Source: Nitrospinaceae bacterium
Lineage (GTDB): Bacteria; Nitrospinota; Nitrospinia; Nitrospinales; Nitrospinaceae
DNA: 64,000 bases
Direction of reading: 5' to 3'
Assembly: GCA_029261535.1 (NCBI GenBank)
Contig: JAJDBF010000079.1
Location: 577 to 64,576 of the forward strand
Position 1 is the stretch's first letter. Every line of letters begins with the position of its first letter. Both the position numbers and the translations under genes were made by a program. Below the pieces are notes generated by a model. That model made no database searches. It saw only the letters and a list, made by a program, of their open reading frames with translations, and was not told the origin of the DNA. Positions 36,101 through 44,794 of this stretch are shown here, one piece after another.

Positions 36101-37739
36101 GCGTAATACCGCCTCCTGAAAGCAGGACCAGGTTCAATATGTCATCCGTACCGGCACTGTCGAAAATCTTGTTGTTGAACTGGATATCACCGATGGCGTT
36201 CAAGGTTAGGGTTTTACCTGTCCCAATGCCGTTGTAGTCGAGGTCGGTGTTGACGGTGATGTTACCGCTCTGGCTATTGGTTCCGCTGGTGGTTGTGGTA
36301 ACCGTAACTGCTGCGCCGATAATGAGAGCCGCACGGATCAGGTTCCAGCCCAGGCTGGCGGCGTCGTTGGTTGTCGCAAAGGGGTTGAGGGCGTTGATGT
36401 TGGTGTTACCGCCACCGGCGACGATCTGGAGATCGTTACCGGTCGGATCGATCAACCAGTGTCCGCCTTGACCGTTGACTGCACTGACATCCGGTATCTG
36501 TCCGATCTCAAAATATTTTCCGCCAGAGATTTCAACGAAGCCACCGTTACCGGATACTGCCCCGCCGCGTGCATAAATATTTCCGAAGGCGCGGTTGGTG
36601 TCGGTAGCCCAGGTGATGATGCGACCGCCATCGCCTTCCGTGATGGCATCGGCGTTGATCTCGGCGTTGTCATCTATATAGAGGATGTCGGTATTGGTTT
36701 CACCTTCAACCGCGGTCGCGCCCTGCTGTTCACCGCCTAAAAGAATTTCGCCACCGCCGGCATCACCGGAAGCATCAATTTTGGCTTCATCAAACAGCCC
36801 GACTTTTTCGCCGAGAACGATAACCTGTCCACCGGTCTCGCCGCTGTTCTTGCCAGAAACATCGAGTGTGCCGGAATTGCTGACGATGCCGCTATCGCCA
36901 CCAAAAAGAAAAATTCGTCCATTTTTTTCAACGACAGATTTGGCTTCAATCACGCCTTCGTTGTTGATCACGTTACGAATGACACTGCCCGCATCTTGCG
37001 CCGATAGGATGACTTGCCCGCCATCGGCCTTGAGGGTTCCGGAATTGTGAACCCGGTCCTTTAGAGTGTTGCCTTCTGTGTCTTCGACATCACCTGATAC
37101 TTTTTCAGTCAGAGCGAAATGGATCAACCCGTTGCCGGTAAAATCAAGGGTCGCCGCTTCCCCTGAGGACAAGGCGATGGAGCCAAGGTTGGCGATGATG
37201 GTTCCTGTATTGGACACCGCAGGCGCGAGCAGGCCGGTGTAGCCTGTTGTTTCAATCCGGCCCTGATTGATCACCGAGGCCAGTGACCTTGTCGGGTCCT
37301 GAAAGAAACGATAATTGCGATCAAGAAAATCCTGGTCGGAAATGCCAAGGGTGGTGGCGACCAGTCCGTGTGCATTGACAACAGCAGATGGGCCGAACAG
37401 GATGCCTGACGGGTTTGTTAAAAATACCTGGCCATTGGCGGTCAGTCGCCCCATGATCCTGCTGGGGTCCTGCCCTGTGACGCGGTTGAGCGAAACGGAC
37501 TGGGCATTCGGCTGATTGAAGGTGACCGATTCCGCACTGCCAATAGAGAAACTTTGCCAGTTGGTGATCATCTGCGAAGTGTTCTGCTGAATCACCATGT
37601 GTCCGGGAGCCGAATTGCCAATGGTGCCGCTACCCGCGACGACCTGACCGTTCCCGGGCAGGGCAAACGTCAGTGCTGGGGAAACTCCAATGGCGTAAAT
37701 GAGGAGCAGGCTGATCCACTTTTTCGTTATGGCTTTCAT
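33144..37739 (-). CDS. TpsA-type exoprotein (filamentous-haemagglutinin N-terminal domain plus long beta-helix)
   Basis: Signal peptide, then a TPS domain: ITNWQSFSIG, FNQPNAQSVSLNRVTG, GQVFLTNPSGILFG. The remaining ~1300 aa are G/N/T/S/A-rich repetitive beta-helix-like sequence. I saw no VENN or toxin-like C-terminus. Confidence 0.9.
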   Translation of the reverse strand: MKAITKKWISLLLIYAIGVSPALTFALPGNGQVVAGSGTIGNSAPGHMVIQQNTSQMITNWQSFSIGSAESVTFNQPNAQSVSLNRVTGQDPSRIMGRLTANGQVFLTNPSGILFGPSAVVNAHGLVATTLGISDQDFLDRNYRFFQDPTRSLASVINQGRIETTGYTGLLAPAVSNTGTIIANLGSIALSSGEAATLDFTGNGLIHFALTEKVSGDVEDTEGNTLKDRVHNSGTLKADGGQVILSAQDAGSVIRNVINNEGVIEAKSVVEKNGRIFLFGGDSGIVSNSGTLDVSGKNSGETGGQVIVLGEKVGLFDEAKIDASGDAGGGEILLGGEQQGATAVEGETNTDILYIDDNAEINADAITEGDGGRIITWATDTNRAFGNIYARGGAVSGNGGFVEISGGKYFEIGQIPDVSAVNGQGGHWLIDPTGNDLQIVAGGGNTNINALNPFATTNDAASLGWNLIRAALIIGAAVTVTTTTSGTNSQSGNITVNTDLDYNGIGTGKTLTLNAIGDIQFNNKIFDSAGTDDILNLVLLSGGGITLDADGSVVSGTLNVTTVDGALGVFDIEASTTFTVKGLGSTANSVITAFDFDFNGTFNFDDTDTLSLIQSASSTSFGLGTSNCGSVCDAFIDNADLNRVVVPNGILDFQGPGNFFIQDVAAANTDQINEVNINVIGGGDINFGAGTGSTFTRLQLGTSGNVNVNSNVTTAGTFSSFLSLNSSNFNVAGGSTINTTNDNLAISTDDIDLQGNLNSGTATTSIIPQGNIDMELGVVGSPGPSLLQLDNAEILRITAGSLELGPSSKTNRDVFIDGVTAASFNNIANFLFINAGRDIVFQNNASTFRFLTATANDRINVQENVSSTVQDLTLNADFNNDSIGDLDIAAGTTLTSNSVLRLNAGSAMIDAAGSLNLSANNSIDLQSNTSIGGNSGFNSDLDNNGTGTFMVGAGKTVDSSAGNFFIFVTAADVALNGNVNTGTNTFTVRASNNRTTGVGTGAGDLTIDGGELSRISAGTLQVGDTGTNTISINNITAAQTANINNVNFNSANQLNVGAGGAVFRSAGLFINDGINIAGNVTATTGALEINADSDADNNGILTIAPGVILDSADFFNLNGQGVGTGIVANGAVTLRAQSNININSNMSANGVLTMNADTAAPGSGTLTIAGNVTSNNNNVLINADDISLPGSLNAGTGNVFVAVSDNQNLNLGTAGAGMSLADAELDTITANKLSFFSQGNINVDNVSNNSVNQFILNTSQNINFVNQDSTVRSIDANANGNINFQNSLTATAGGINLKADVDGNGAGNVNFGAGVTVASSNNNISISANDYVNAPTFTLNAGTGDISINVSDGGSIGVGNASCLGGCGMQISKVELSNIFARDLTIGGFNAGNIFANNITPLNVANINRNVIMNTGKNITFLGGASAFKGLQLNAITDINILTNVATTQFDFTAIADFENNTIGQFNMPSGVTVASAGNINVKAAQINAAGNFIAAGNVNLVETFPITGFNSGTQSTFLTRFLKNAAAGCS

Positions 37740-37762
37740 AGTCTCTTCTCGGTGTTTACCGG

Positions 37763-38608
37763 TCAGTTAATGTTGGTTACTTTGCAGGACTCATCCAGAA
37801 TGTCGTCAAATAAATCGAAAAATTCCCTAAAATCGTCATCGTCTCCAAAATCTCCATCTTGAAGCTCAACCAGAACCTTGCCTTTTCCCTTTTTATCGGT
37901 GAATTTGGACTGGAGCCAGGCCATGGTCACCCGCTGAATCTGGTTGAGTTCAAATTCAGTCAGCGGGGTTGGGTCGGTCGGCGGTTTACCAAGTTCGATG
38001 ATATTTTTCATCATGGCACCGACGAGAACCTCCCCGATTATTTTTGGGTCCCTGTTGCTTGTCACAACGTCTCCAGCCTGATTGGCCACCAAGGTTGAAA
38101 AGTCGGTGACGCTGATAAAACCTTTGGTGCCACGGGCCGCGATGTTGCCGGTGGGTGTGACCATCTTGAATCTGGACTTTGGATTTTTCTGCCCCTTGTT
38201 GACAATGTACATAGACAATCCGTGGGTGACGTTGATAACCCCTTGCCGCAATTTGTCTTCGGGTTTGTACAGATAGGATTCCACTGTCATGGTGGTGTTG
38301 GGGCCGAGGGCCATCAGACTGGAGTCCTCGAACAGGATTTTCATCCGGCTCTTGCGAGCGGTGCGGAACGTATCAGTGGCGTAAATCGCTTGATTCGGTT
38401 TGACCTTGCTCCATGATCCGAAAGAGACCTTGCTGGTTTTGTTTTTATCACCGCTGGCAACAGGGGAAGTACCACCAGATTTAACCTCAGCAGACCCAAT
38501 AATTGATATTACCTTGCCGACCGGTTTTTCCTGAGCCGATACAAGACCTGGTATGACCAGGGTGAATAACAGGGTAGCGATCACGAGTTTGAAGTTGAAT
38601 CGTTTCAT
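37763..38608 (-). CDS. Secreted FecR-domain protein with an acidic C-terminal tail
   Basis: Signal peptide (LVIPGLVSAQE). FecR-like pattern GKVISIIGSAEVKSGG...IYATDTFRTARKSRMKILFEDSSLMALGPNTTMTV...FKMVTPTGNIAARGTKGFISV. The tail is DGDFGDDDDFREFFDLFDDILDE. Its ATG overlaps the tpsB stop. Confidence 0.75.
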   Translation of the reverse strand: MKRFNFKLVIATLLFTLVIPGLVSAQEKPVGKVISIIGSAEVKSGGTSPVASGDKNKTSKVSFGSWSKVKPNQAIYATDTFRTARKSRMKILFEDSSLMALGPNTTMTVESYLYKPEDKLRQGVINVTHGLSMYIVNKGQKNPKSRFKMVTPTGNIAARGTKGFISVTDFSTLVANQAGDVVTSNRDPKIIGEVLVGAMMKNIIELGKPPTDPTPLTEFELNQIQRVTMAWLQSKFTDKKGKGKVLVELQDGDFGDDDDFREFFDLFDDILDESCKVTNIN

Positions 38609-40362
38609 CAGTAAGTAATCAAACCTCCGAGATAAACGGTGCCCGCGCTTCCATCCGAGGGTCGCTGGGTACTGAACACCGGAACGCCATAGGCAACGGA
38701 AAAACTGTAAGCAGGATGATTTTGATCCCGCCGTGGAACATTGATCCGGAGTCCTCCACCCGCACCACTGACCTCACTTTCTCCCGGTCCGTCGCTTGGC
38801 TGGCGGTCTGAAATGGAAGTGCGTCCATGATCGAGAAAAGCAAACAGGGAGAACACCTCCTTTATTGTTGGCTTGGGAGATTTAGTGATCGGCAGGTTAA
38901 TGGGTAGCGGCAATATATATTCAAGCGTCGTGGTGTACCCGGAATCACCTGCAACTTCTGCCAATGGAAATCCGCGCACCGTCCCGATTCCACCCGCGGC
39001 AATTTGATCGGGGGAGAGCAGACGACGATCGGCGATTTGCCCGTTGAAGCGGATCATAAACATGCTGTCGAGAAAGAAGGCCGATTGATAGCGAACAACA
39101 TTGATCGTTGCCACCAGGGAATCTCCCCGACCCATTAACCTTGAGTTCAATGGGTCAGCAGTGTTTTCCTCTGTGTAACCAAACTGGAGCCGTCCATCAA
39201 CGATGGTTTGACCTCGCAGGGAATCGATCCAGTCTCCTCCTGCTATAAAGTGGTAGTTGAACAAAACATCATCACTGCTTGGCGCACCCAGCGTGTAATT
39301 TTTAAAATAGCGGAAATCCATTCCACCCCCGGCGTACAAACGGCCTTTGCGGGAGCGCAAAAAATTGCGTACCAGGTCCATGGTGAAAATGTGCGAACTG
39401 CCGCCCGCATTGAGCAATGCAAGAGAACCGCCCAGTTGGTGCTCAGAAAAAATGTATGACATCTGAAGGGTGGTGCGACCATCATCTGACACGGGCAGGG
39501 AGTAAGCCGGGTTCAGAAAAGTCTGACCATCTTCTGATCGGACAGCGCGAAAGGAAATGAGGTCGCCCAGCTTGAGAGCACTGCTGTAAGTAGTTGCGAT
39601 TCCAAACCGGTTGGCACCGGTGAATGCCGAGCCGTAGTTGTCGCCATCAAAGGAAAAAGTATAGGGGCGAGATTCCTTGACATTAAACACGAGGTCCGAT
39701 GTTCCGGGGTCCTTGCCTTGTTTGAGAATCGACTCCACATGAAACCCTTGAATATCGTTGAAATCCAGCAGGGTCCTTTCCAGGGTTTTTTCCCGAATAA
39801 TTTTTTCCTGTCGGACATTATTCAATCGCTGGGAAATATCTTCCGATTTGATCCTCTTGTTTCCCTGTATTTCAATGCTTCCGATCCGGCCTTCCATTAC
39901 CTGAACCGTCACCACTCCATCCACAATTTCCTGTTGAGGTAGATAGGCGCGGCTTAGAAAATAACCACGCTTGACGTATTCGGCGGTGATTTCCTGAACG
40001 ATCAAATCAAGGACACCTAAAGTAACCTTATTGCCAATTCCTGGCTCGAATATTGGAGCCAACTCGGCAGAGCTGATCAACGTATTGCCGATGATAAGAA
40101 TTTCCCGGATAATAAATGATGGGCCCGAACCGGGATCGACAATGGTACGACTGTCCTGCACTGTGATGCTGGGAATCTGACCTTTTTGGGGCAAGGGTCT
40201 GGTTTGTGATTGTCGCAGGGATTTTTGACTGATACCCGACTCACCGGCAGGGGGAACAATAGCCTGACCGTATCCGATTGACGGCATCAAAAACGCACAA
40301 ATCGATAATAAGATCCAAAACAGGAGCGTCTGGTTTTTAGGAGAAGGAAGCAAAGGCATCAA
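38608..40362 (-). CDS. TpsB (ShlB/FhaC/HecB-family) outer-membrane transporter
   Basis: Signal peptide, POTRA region (IREILIIGNTLISSAEL...YVKRGYFLSRAYLPQQEIVDGVVTVQVMEGRIGSIEIQGNKR) and a C-terminal beta-barrel ending in an aromatic residue (GGLITY). Confidence 0.88.
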   Translation of the reverse strand: MMPLLPSPKNQTLLFWILLSICAFLMPSIGYGQAIVPPAGESGISQKSLRQSQTRPLPQKGQIPSITVQDSRTIVDPGSGPSFIIREILIIGNTLISSAELAPIFEPGIGNKVTLGVLDLIVQEITAEYVKRGYFLSRAYLPQQEIVDGVVTVQVMEGRIGSIEIQGNKRIKSEDISQRLNNVRQEKIIREKTLERTLLDFNDIQGFHVESILKQGKDPGTSDLVFNVKESRPYTFSFDGDNYGSAFTGANRFGIATTYSSALKLGDLISFRAVRSEDGQTFLNPAYSLPVSDDGRTTLQMSYIFSEHQLGGSLALLNAGGSSHIFTMDLVRNFLRSRKGRLYAGGGMDFRYFKNYTLGAPSSDDVLFNYHFIAGGDWIDSLRGQTIVDGRLQFGYTEENTADPLNSRLMGRGDSLVATINVVRYQSAFFLDSMFMIRFNGQIADRRLLSPDQIAAGGIGTVRGFPLAEVAGDSGYTTTLEYILPLPINLPITKSPKPTIKEVFSLFAFLDHGRTSISDRQPSDGPGESEVSGAGGGLRINVPRRDQNHPAYSFSVAYGVPVFSTQRPSDGSAGTVYLGGLITY

Positions 40363-40706
40363 TGATGTATTAAGAGTAATATTTACTTAACTATACAACA
40401 CAATCTAACCCTTTTAAAACCAACAAATAACATCTGATAAAACTCGGAGAATTTCAGCCTGGGAAAGAGCTATTCTGCGTGAAATTGAATAAAAGTACGT
40501 TTCAAATGGATCACTGAGAAAATATCAATGGGTCAACTCTCAATAGGCTATACGGAGTTAAGTTGGCATAAGATATTGATAATTAATGCTGATTGTACTT
40601 ATAAGCTATGTTGAAATACTTGGTAAATCCCGCGTGGGCGAACATCTTGTTGATGGGATGATAAGAAAAATTACTCAATAGTGTCTTATAGATCATGGAA
40701 TATTAA

Positions 40707-40737
40707 ATCCAAAACCTCAAAAAGTTTATTTTTGAGG
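40707..40737 (-). terminator. Rho-independent terminator after the PAP2 gene
   Basis: CCTCAAAAA (40715-40723) / TTTTTGAGG (40729-40737) 9-bp stem. On the minus strand it is followed by UUUUGGAUUU. Confidence 0.6.
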
Positions 40738-40748
40738 CGATCGTGAGG

Positions 40749-41912
40749 TCAAAATTGGTAGTCTAGGGCTATGCCTTGCCGGGTTGAGCTGACCATGGGA
40801 CGCAACATGAGGCGGGCGGCCTTGGGATTGCTGTGCATTTTATGCAAGGCAGAAGCTGTGAAATATCCAACAGCGGCACCGAAAAAAACATCTGACATCC
40901 AGTGGACATTGTCATTGACGCGGGACAACGCGGTCATCGTGGCCAATGTGTACGCCACCGGTGGTACCCATACATGGCGTTTGTATTGTTTTGCAAAAAT
41001 GGTCGCGATTGAAAATGCGGTCGTGGTGTGCCCAGAGGGAAAGGATACACCGCCACCCTGGAAGGGTCCCTTGAAGTTATCTGCGTCAACGCTACCACTT
41101 GGGCGTTCCCTACCAATCAAATTTTTCAATGTCAGTGTGAAGGCATTTGATAATAAAAAACTTTCTGTCGCCAACAGGGCTGTGCTTTGGAGTTCTTCAT
41201 CATCACGCAGAAGTCCGGTTAAATAGAAGAATGACAGGTAAGCGGCGGCGTATTTTCCATCGCCCGCAATTTCGCCAATTTTCAAGAAATCTTTCCGCGC
41301 TTGGCTCGGGCTGTCTATGACTTCCTCGCGGACCGTTTCATCAAGAAAGCCGAGGGCTACCGTGGTCCCACCAATCAGGCCCGCCGTCAGCCAGTCTTTG
41401 GAATCCCAGCGAACAGGAGACGTTACCAGTTGAATACCATCTGTGACAAACCCTTTAAAAAAATCTGTGTTGAGCTCGACATCAGGGTGCGGCACGGTGG
41501 AAGGTTTCCGTGCGGACCGACTCCGTTCAGGATTATTCTGTTTGAGGGGTTTCAGTGTCCTGGATTCAGGTTTTGCGACAAACACTTTTTTTGAACGCGC
41601 TGGCTTTTTTATCTTGAGACGGGAATTGATTTCCGGTTTTCGGTGCCTCACTTTTTTATGAGTGATCCCGGCGCAACCGGTAGTGACCAGCAAAGAAGAA
41701 ATTAACATCAAAACAATTGACCCTTGTTTTCCAGAACAGGGGATGACTTTCTGAAATGGGACTAATTTAACGACTCTCTTCCATGAAGCTCGGGAGGCTT
41801 CAAGTAGGAATCTTTTCCTGCTTCGTGACCACTGGAAACAGGCGGGCGCGGTGCCCGGTTGAAGGAGATACCTGGCGATGATAATTCCTCTGAAAATTTG
41901 CCATAAGCCCAT
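40749..41912 (-). CDS. PAP2-family (acid/lipid) phosphatase, probably a lipoprotein
   Basis: PAP2 motifs KNLIGRERP, PSGHT and SRVNDNVHWMSD. An internal lipobox-like LVTTGC suggests the true start is downstream of the 41912 ATG, so the start is uncertain. Confidence 0.75.
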   Translation of the reverse strand: MGLWQIFRGIIIARYLLQPGTAPACFQWSRSRKRFLLEASRASWKRVVKLVPFQKVIPCSGKQGSIVLMLISSLLVTTGCAGITHKKVRHRKPEINSRLKIKKPARSKKVFVAKPESRTLKPLKQNNPERSRSARKPSTVPHPDVELNTDFFKGFVTDGIQLVTSPVRWDSKDWLTAGLIGGTTVALGFLDETVREEVIDSPSQARKDFLKIGEIAGDGKYAAAYLSFFYLTGLLRDDEELQSTALLATESFLLSNAFTLTLKNLIGRERPSGSVDADNFKGPFQGGGVSFPSGHTTTAFSIATIFAKQYKRHVWVPPVAYTLATMTALSRVNDNVHWMSDVFFGAAVGYFTASALHKMHSNPKAARLMLRPMVSSTRQGIALDYQF

Positions 41913-42240
41913 GGGTCATGGAGGAACGGCAGTTCATGGTTTATGTTAACTGTATGGTGGGAAGTATCTCATTTTTATTTAAATTTTACAATAACTTAGG
42001 GTGATATGACTTTTTTTGGAGGGGATGTATTTCTGGTCGGTGGAAAATGGGCGGGATGCGTTAAATGACAACAGGGCGTTAGCCGTTCTCAAATTCTCCG
42101 GGAGCATATCGATCGGCGAGAGTCGAGATCGAAAAATGATAGCGATCAGCTAAATTTTGAAAGATTGATCTTTCATTAGAGTTTTGTATAGTATTTGAGG
42201 ATACTTAAAGCCTTTCCTATCCGACCTATCTGGAGACCCT

Positions 42241-44766
42241 ATGACCGGGCCACGCCTTTTCAAATCAGCGTTCAACTTTTTTTGCGCACTGTCGGTGATG
42301 TTGCTCTCAGCTTCTTTTCCCGCCCAGGCAGAAACGGCTATTACAAAAACGCCATCCAATATCCGGGCAGTGGTGGGCAACCAAAAAATACATCTTTCCT
42401 GGGATCAGCTTGAGCAGAATGTTTCCAGGTACAGGGTTCATATTGCTGAGGTGGACCCGGGCACAGGCAAAGTTTCTCCCAAAGGATTTTATGAATTCGT
42501 TCCGAAAACTTTACAGGACCTTGGTGGCGAAACTCAGAGCGCGTCCATTGCCATTCATTTTCTTCCGGATGGCATCACACCCCTGGAAAATTCGAAAAGT
42601 TATTCGGTAACTGTTCGTGCGGAATCGGGCGATCAGTGGAATGATCCAAGTGAGGCCGTGGTGGCGATGCCAAACGCTATTTCTGCCAGCCCGCCAGCCC
42701 ATCCTGTTTTATTTATCCATGGCTTTACGGGCAGTTCCGGTGGCACTTTTGGAGACACCACTCAATTTTTGGAGCAGGAACTGGGCTGGACTCCCGGAGG
42801 CAATTTGAAAATTGTCGGAGACAATTTCAACCTGGTTCCGGAAAATTTTAACGCCAATGGAGATTTTTTTACGCTGGATTTTGGCGATGGTTCCGCGACT
42901 TATCCAGATGCGCTGGGATTGATTCATCAGGCACAGGAACTGGAGGTGATTATTGATTTTCTGAAAAATCAGGGGGTGTCGCCTATCGTGTTGATGGGGC
43001 ACAGCAACGGTGGGCTGGTTGCCCGATATTATCTGGCGCATCATGTGCAGGCGACCACCAATGTGAAAAAATCTATCTCCTATGGTACGCCGCACCGGGG
43101 TGCTGACCTGAGTTTTTTTGGGGGTCCGAGTAATCATGGAATCCGCGATACGTTCTACGTCTGTTCTCCGGCGAACCAGGTCGTTTACACAGGAAACAAT
43201 TTATTTGGTGAGACGGTTGATAACCAGTTTCTAACCAATTTGTCGCAGGAAATTCTTCCCTCACTGGACGAAGGTTATGTCTCCATATTGGGCAGTCTCC
43301 GGGAGAGGAGTGCCAATTGCCATAACACCGATCTTGGAGACGGTGTTGTCGCGAGGACCAGTCAGGATTTGCGGCTGGTGGTGAATCCCCCGGAAAAAAT
43401 CAACACGCTGTTGACGGACCATCTTCATTCTGGACAGGGCAATCATATCAGTGCTGTGCTGTGCGGTATGGATCAGCAAAGATGCGCTGTCTTTTCGGCA
43501 CGGCATTCGCTAAGCGGCGGAGACCCGGTCACCCTTCAGGTCACTTCTCCAAATGGTCAGGTTGTGAGGGAAGCTGTGGGCGCGACCCCGGAATTGATTG
43601 AAATTCCCGGTGCAGATTTGATGGAAGTTTCGGATGAAGGTGCCATTGAAATAGACACGGTGATGGTGCCCTTCGCTGACCCCGGTGTGTTTACGGTTTT
43701 GTTGACCGCCGCAAGTGGGTCTGCGCCAACGGATATTTTTTCGCTGGTGGTTGATGTCGGTGGCGTTAAAGTTGTATTGGCTAAGGACATGAAGGTAGAA
43801 GATATTCCGCCAGCCGGTTTCTCGGTGATCGTGCCGCATCCTCTGGGGCATTCGGATTTCGATGGCGATACGCAGTCGGATGCATTAGCCGTTCACTCTA
43901 GCGGTTTGCTTGTCTCGGCGTTGATCGAAAACTCTGTGTTGCAAAACTTTGGGTTTCTCCTGCAAGCCGATCCAGCACAAGGCTGGACGGTCCATGCTAC
44001 CGGGGATTTCAACGGTGATAAAAAAGCCGACCTGCTTCTCTACAACACAACGTCGGGCGACTACCGTACCGTCCTGCTCGATGGCACCACGGTCTTAAGC
44101 GATACCGTGTTGTTCACCATCGATCCTTCCATCGGTGTCGAGCCGCGTGGTGTTGGCGATTTCGATGGCGATGGCGAAGACGAAATCATCATCTACCATC
44201 CGCCCAGCGGATTCACCGCGCTGGTCTATCTTACGGCGGGCGTGTTCTCTTCCTTTGAAGCGATCACAACCATCGACGTTGCGGGCAACTGGACCCTCAC
44301 TGACACCGGTCATTTCAACGGCGATAACAAAACTGATCTGCTCATCACTAACAGCGTCACCGGAGAAACCGCCGTCATCGAAATGGACGGCTCGGTGGCG
44401 ACCGGACCGACTCCGATCTTCACTTTTGATCCTGCCACCGGTTGGGTGGTAAAAGATGTCGGGGATTTCAATGGCGATGGTAAAACGGACGTGCTCATCC
44501 TGCACAGCACCGGTGCGCTCGGTGTGCTGGTCATGGATGGACTGCTGTTCCAAAGTTTTTACATACCTGGAGGGTTACTGCCGCAATGGGAGTTGGTCAA
44601 CGTTGGCAACTATGACAGCAGTAACAAAGCGGACTTCCTGATTTACGACACGGTCACAGGCGACTTGATGACCGCCGTTCAGGACGGTATCAGTATCACT
44701 TCCTACACACCCGTGCTGAACCTTGGCCCCGCCTCAGGCTGGACCTACCACAGCGGCAAACCCTAA
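42241..44766 (+). CDS. Secreted multidomain protein: Ig/FN3-like module, alpha/beta-hydrolase (lipase-like) and FG-GAP/VCBS repeat propeller
   Basis: Signal peptide ending AQA|E. PVLFIHGFTGSSGG and the nucleophile elbow GHSNGG. At least five repeats of the GDFNGDxKxDLLxxN type (GDFNGDKKADLLLYN, GDFDGDGEDEIIIYH, GHFNGDNKTDLLITN, GDFNGDGKTDVLILH, GNYDSSNKADFLIYD). Confidence 0.75.
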   Translation: MTGPRLFKSAFNFFCALSVMLLSASFPAQAETAITKTPSNIRAVVGNQKIHLSWDQLEQNVSRYRVHIAEVDPGTGKVSPKGFYEFVPKTLQDLGGETQSASIAIHFLPDGITPLENSKSYSVTVRAESGDQWNDPSEAVVAMPNAISASPPAHPVLFIHGFTGSSGGTFGDTTQFLEQELGWTPGGNLKIVGDNFNLVPENFNANGDFFTLDFGDGSATYPDALGLIHQAQELEVIIDFLKNQGVSPIVLMGHSNGGLVARYYLAHHVQATTNVKKSISYGTPHRGADLSFFGGPSNHGIRDTFYVCSPANQVVYTGNNLFGETVDNQFLTNLSQEILPSLDEGYVSILGSLRERSANCHNTDLGDGVVARTSQDLRLVVNPPEKINTLLTDHLHSGQGNHISAVLCGMDQQRCAVFSARHSLSGGDPVTLQVTSPNGQVVREAVGATPELIEIPGADLMEVSDEGAIEIDTVMVPFADPGVFTVLLTAASGSAPTDIFSLVVDVGGVKVVLAKDMKVEDIPPAGFSVIVPHPLGHSDFDGDTQSDALAVHSSGLLVSALIENSVLQNFGFLLQADPAQGWTVHATGDFNGDKKADLLLYNTTSGDYRTVLLDGTTVLSDTVLFTIDPSIGVEPRGVGDFDGDGEDEIIIYHPPSGFTALVYLTAGVFSSFEAITTIDVAGNWTLTDTGHFNGDNKTDLLITNSVTGETAVIEMDGSVATGPTPIFTFDPATGWVVKDVGDFNGDGKTDVLILHSTGALGVLVMDGLLFQSFYIPGGLLPQWELVNVGNYDSSNKADFLIYDTVTGDLMTAVQDGISITSYTPVLNLGPASGWTYHSGKP

Positions 44767-44794
44767 CCACCTTCCGGGTGCTCCGCGCACGGCG

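Noticed and set aside
33144-37739. I considered whether the TpsA/TpsB pair is a contact-dependent inhibition (CdiA/CdiB) toxin system.
   Set aside because: I found no VENN or similar pre-toxin motif and no distinct C-terminal toxin-like domain. No small immunity-sized ORF follows; the next gene is the CHASE2 cyclase.
33444-37862. About twenty plus-strand and alternative-frame ORFs (60-190 aa) lie inside the tpsA region, e.g. 34585..35157, 35643..36119 and 36685..37050.
   Set aside because: They are shadows of a long repetitive G/N/T-rich gene. Their translations are low-complexity (P/S/A/V/L-rich) with no start-site support, while the minus-strand 1531-aa frame has an unmistakable TPS domain and is uninterrupted.
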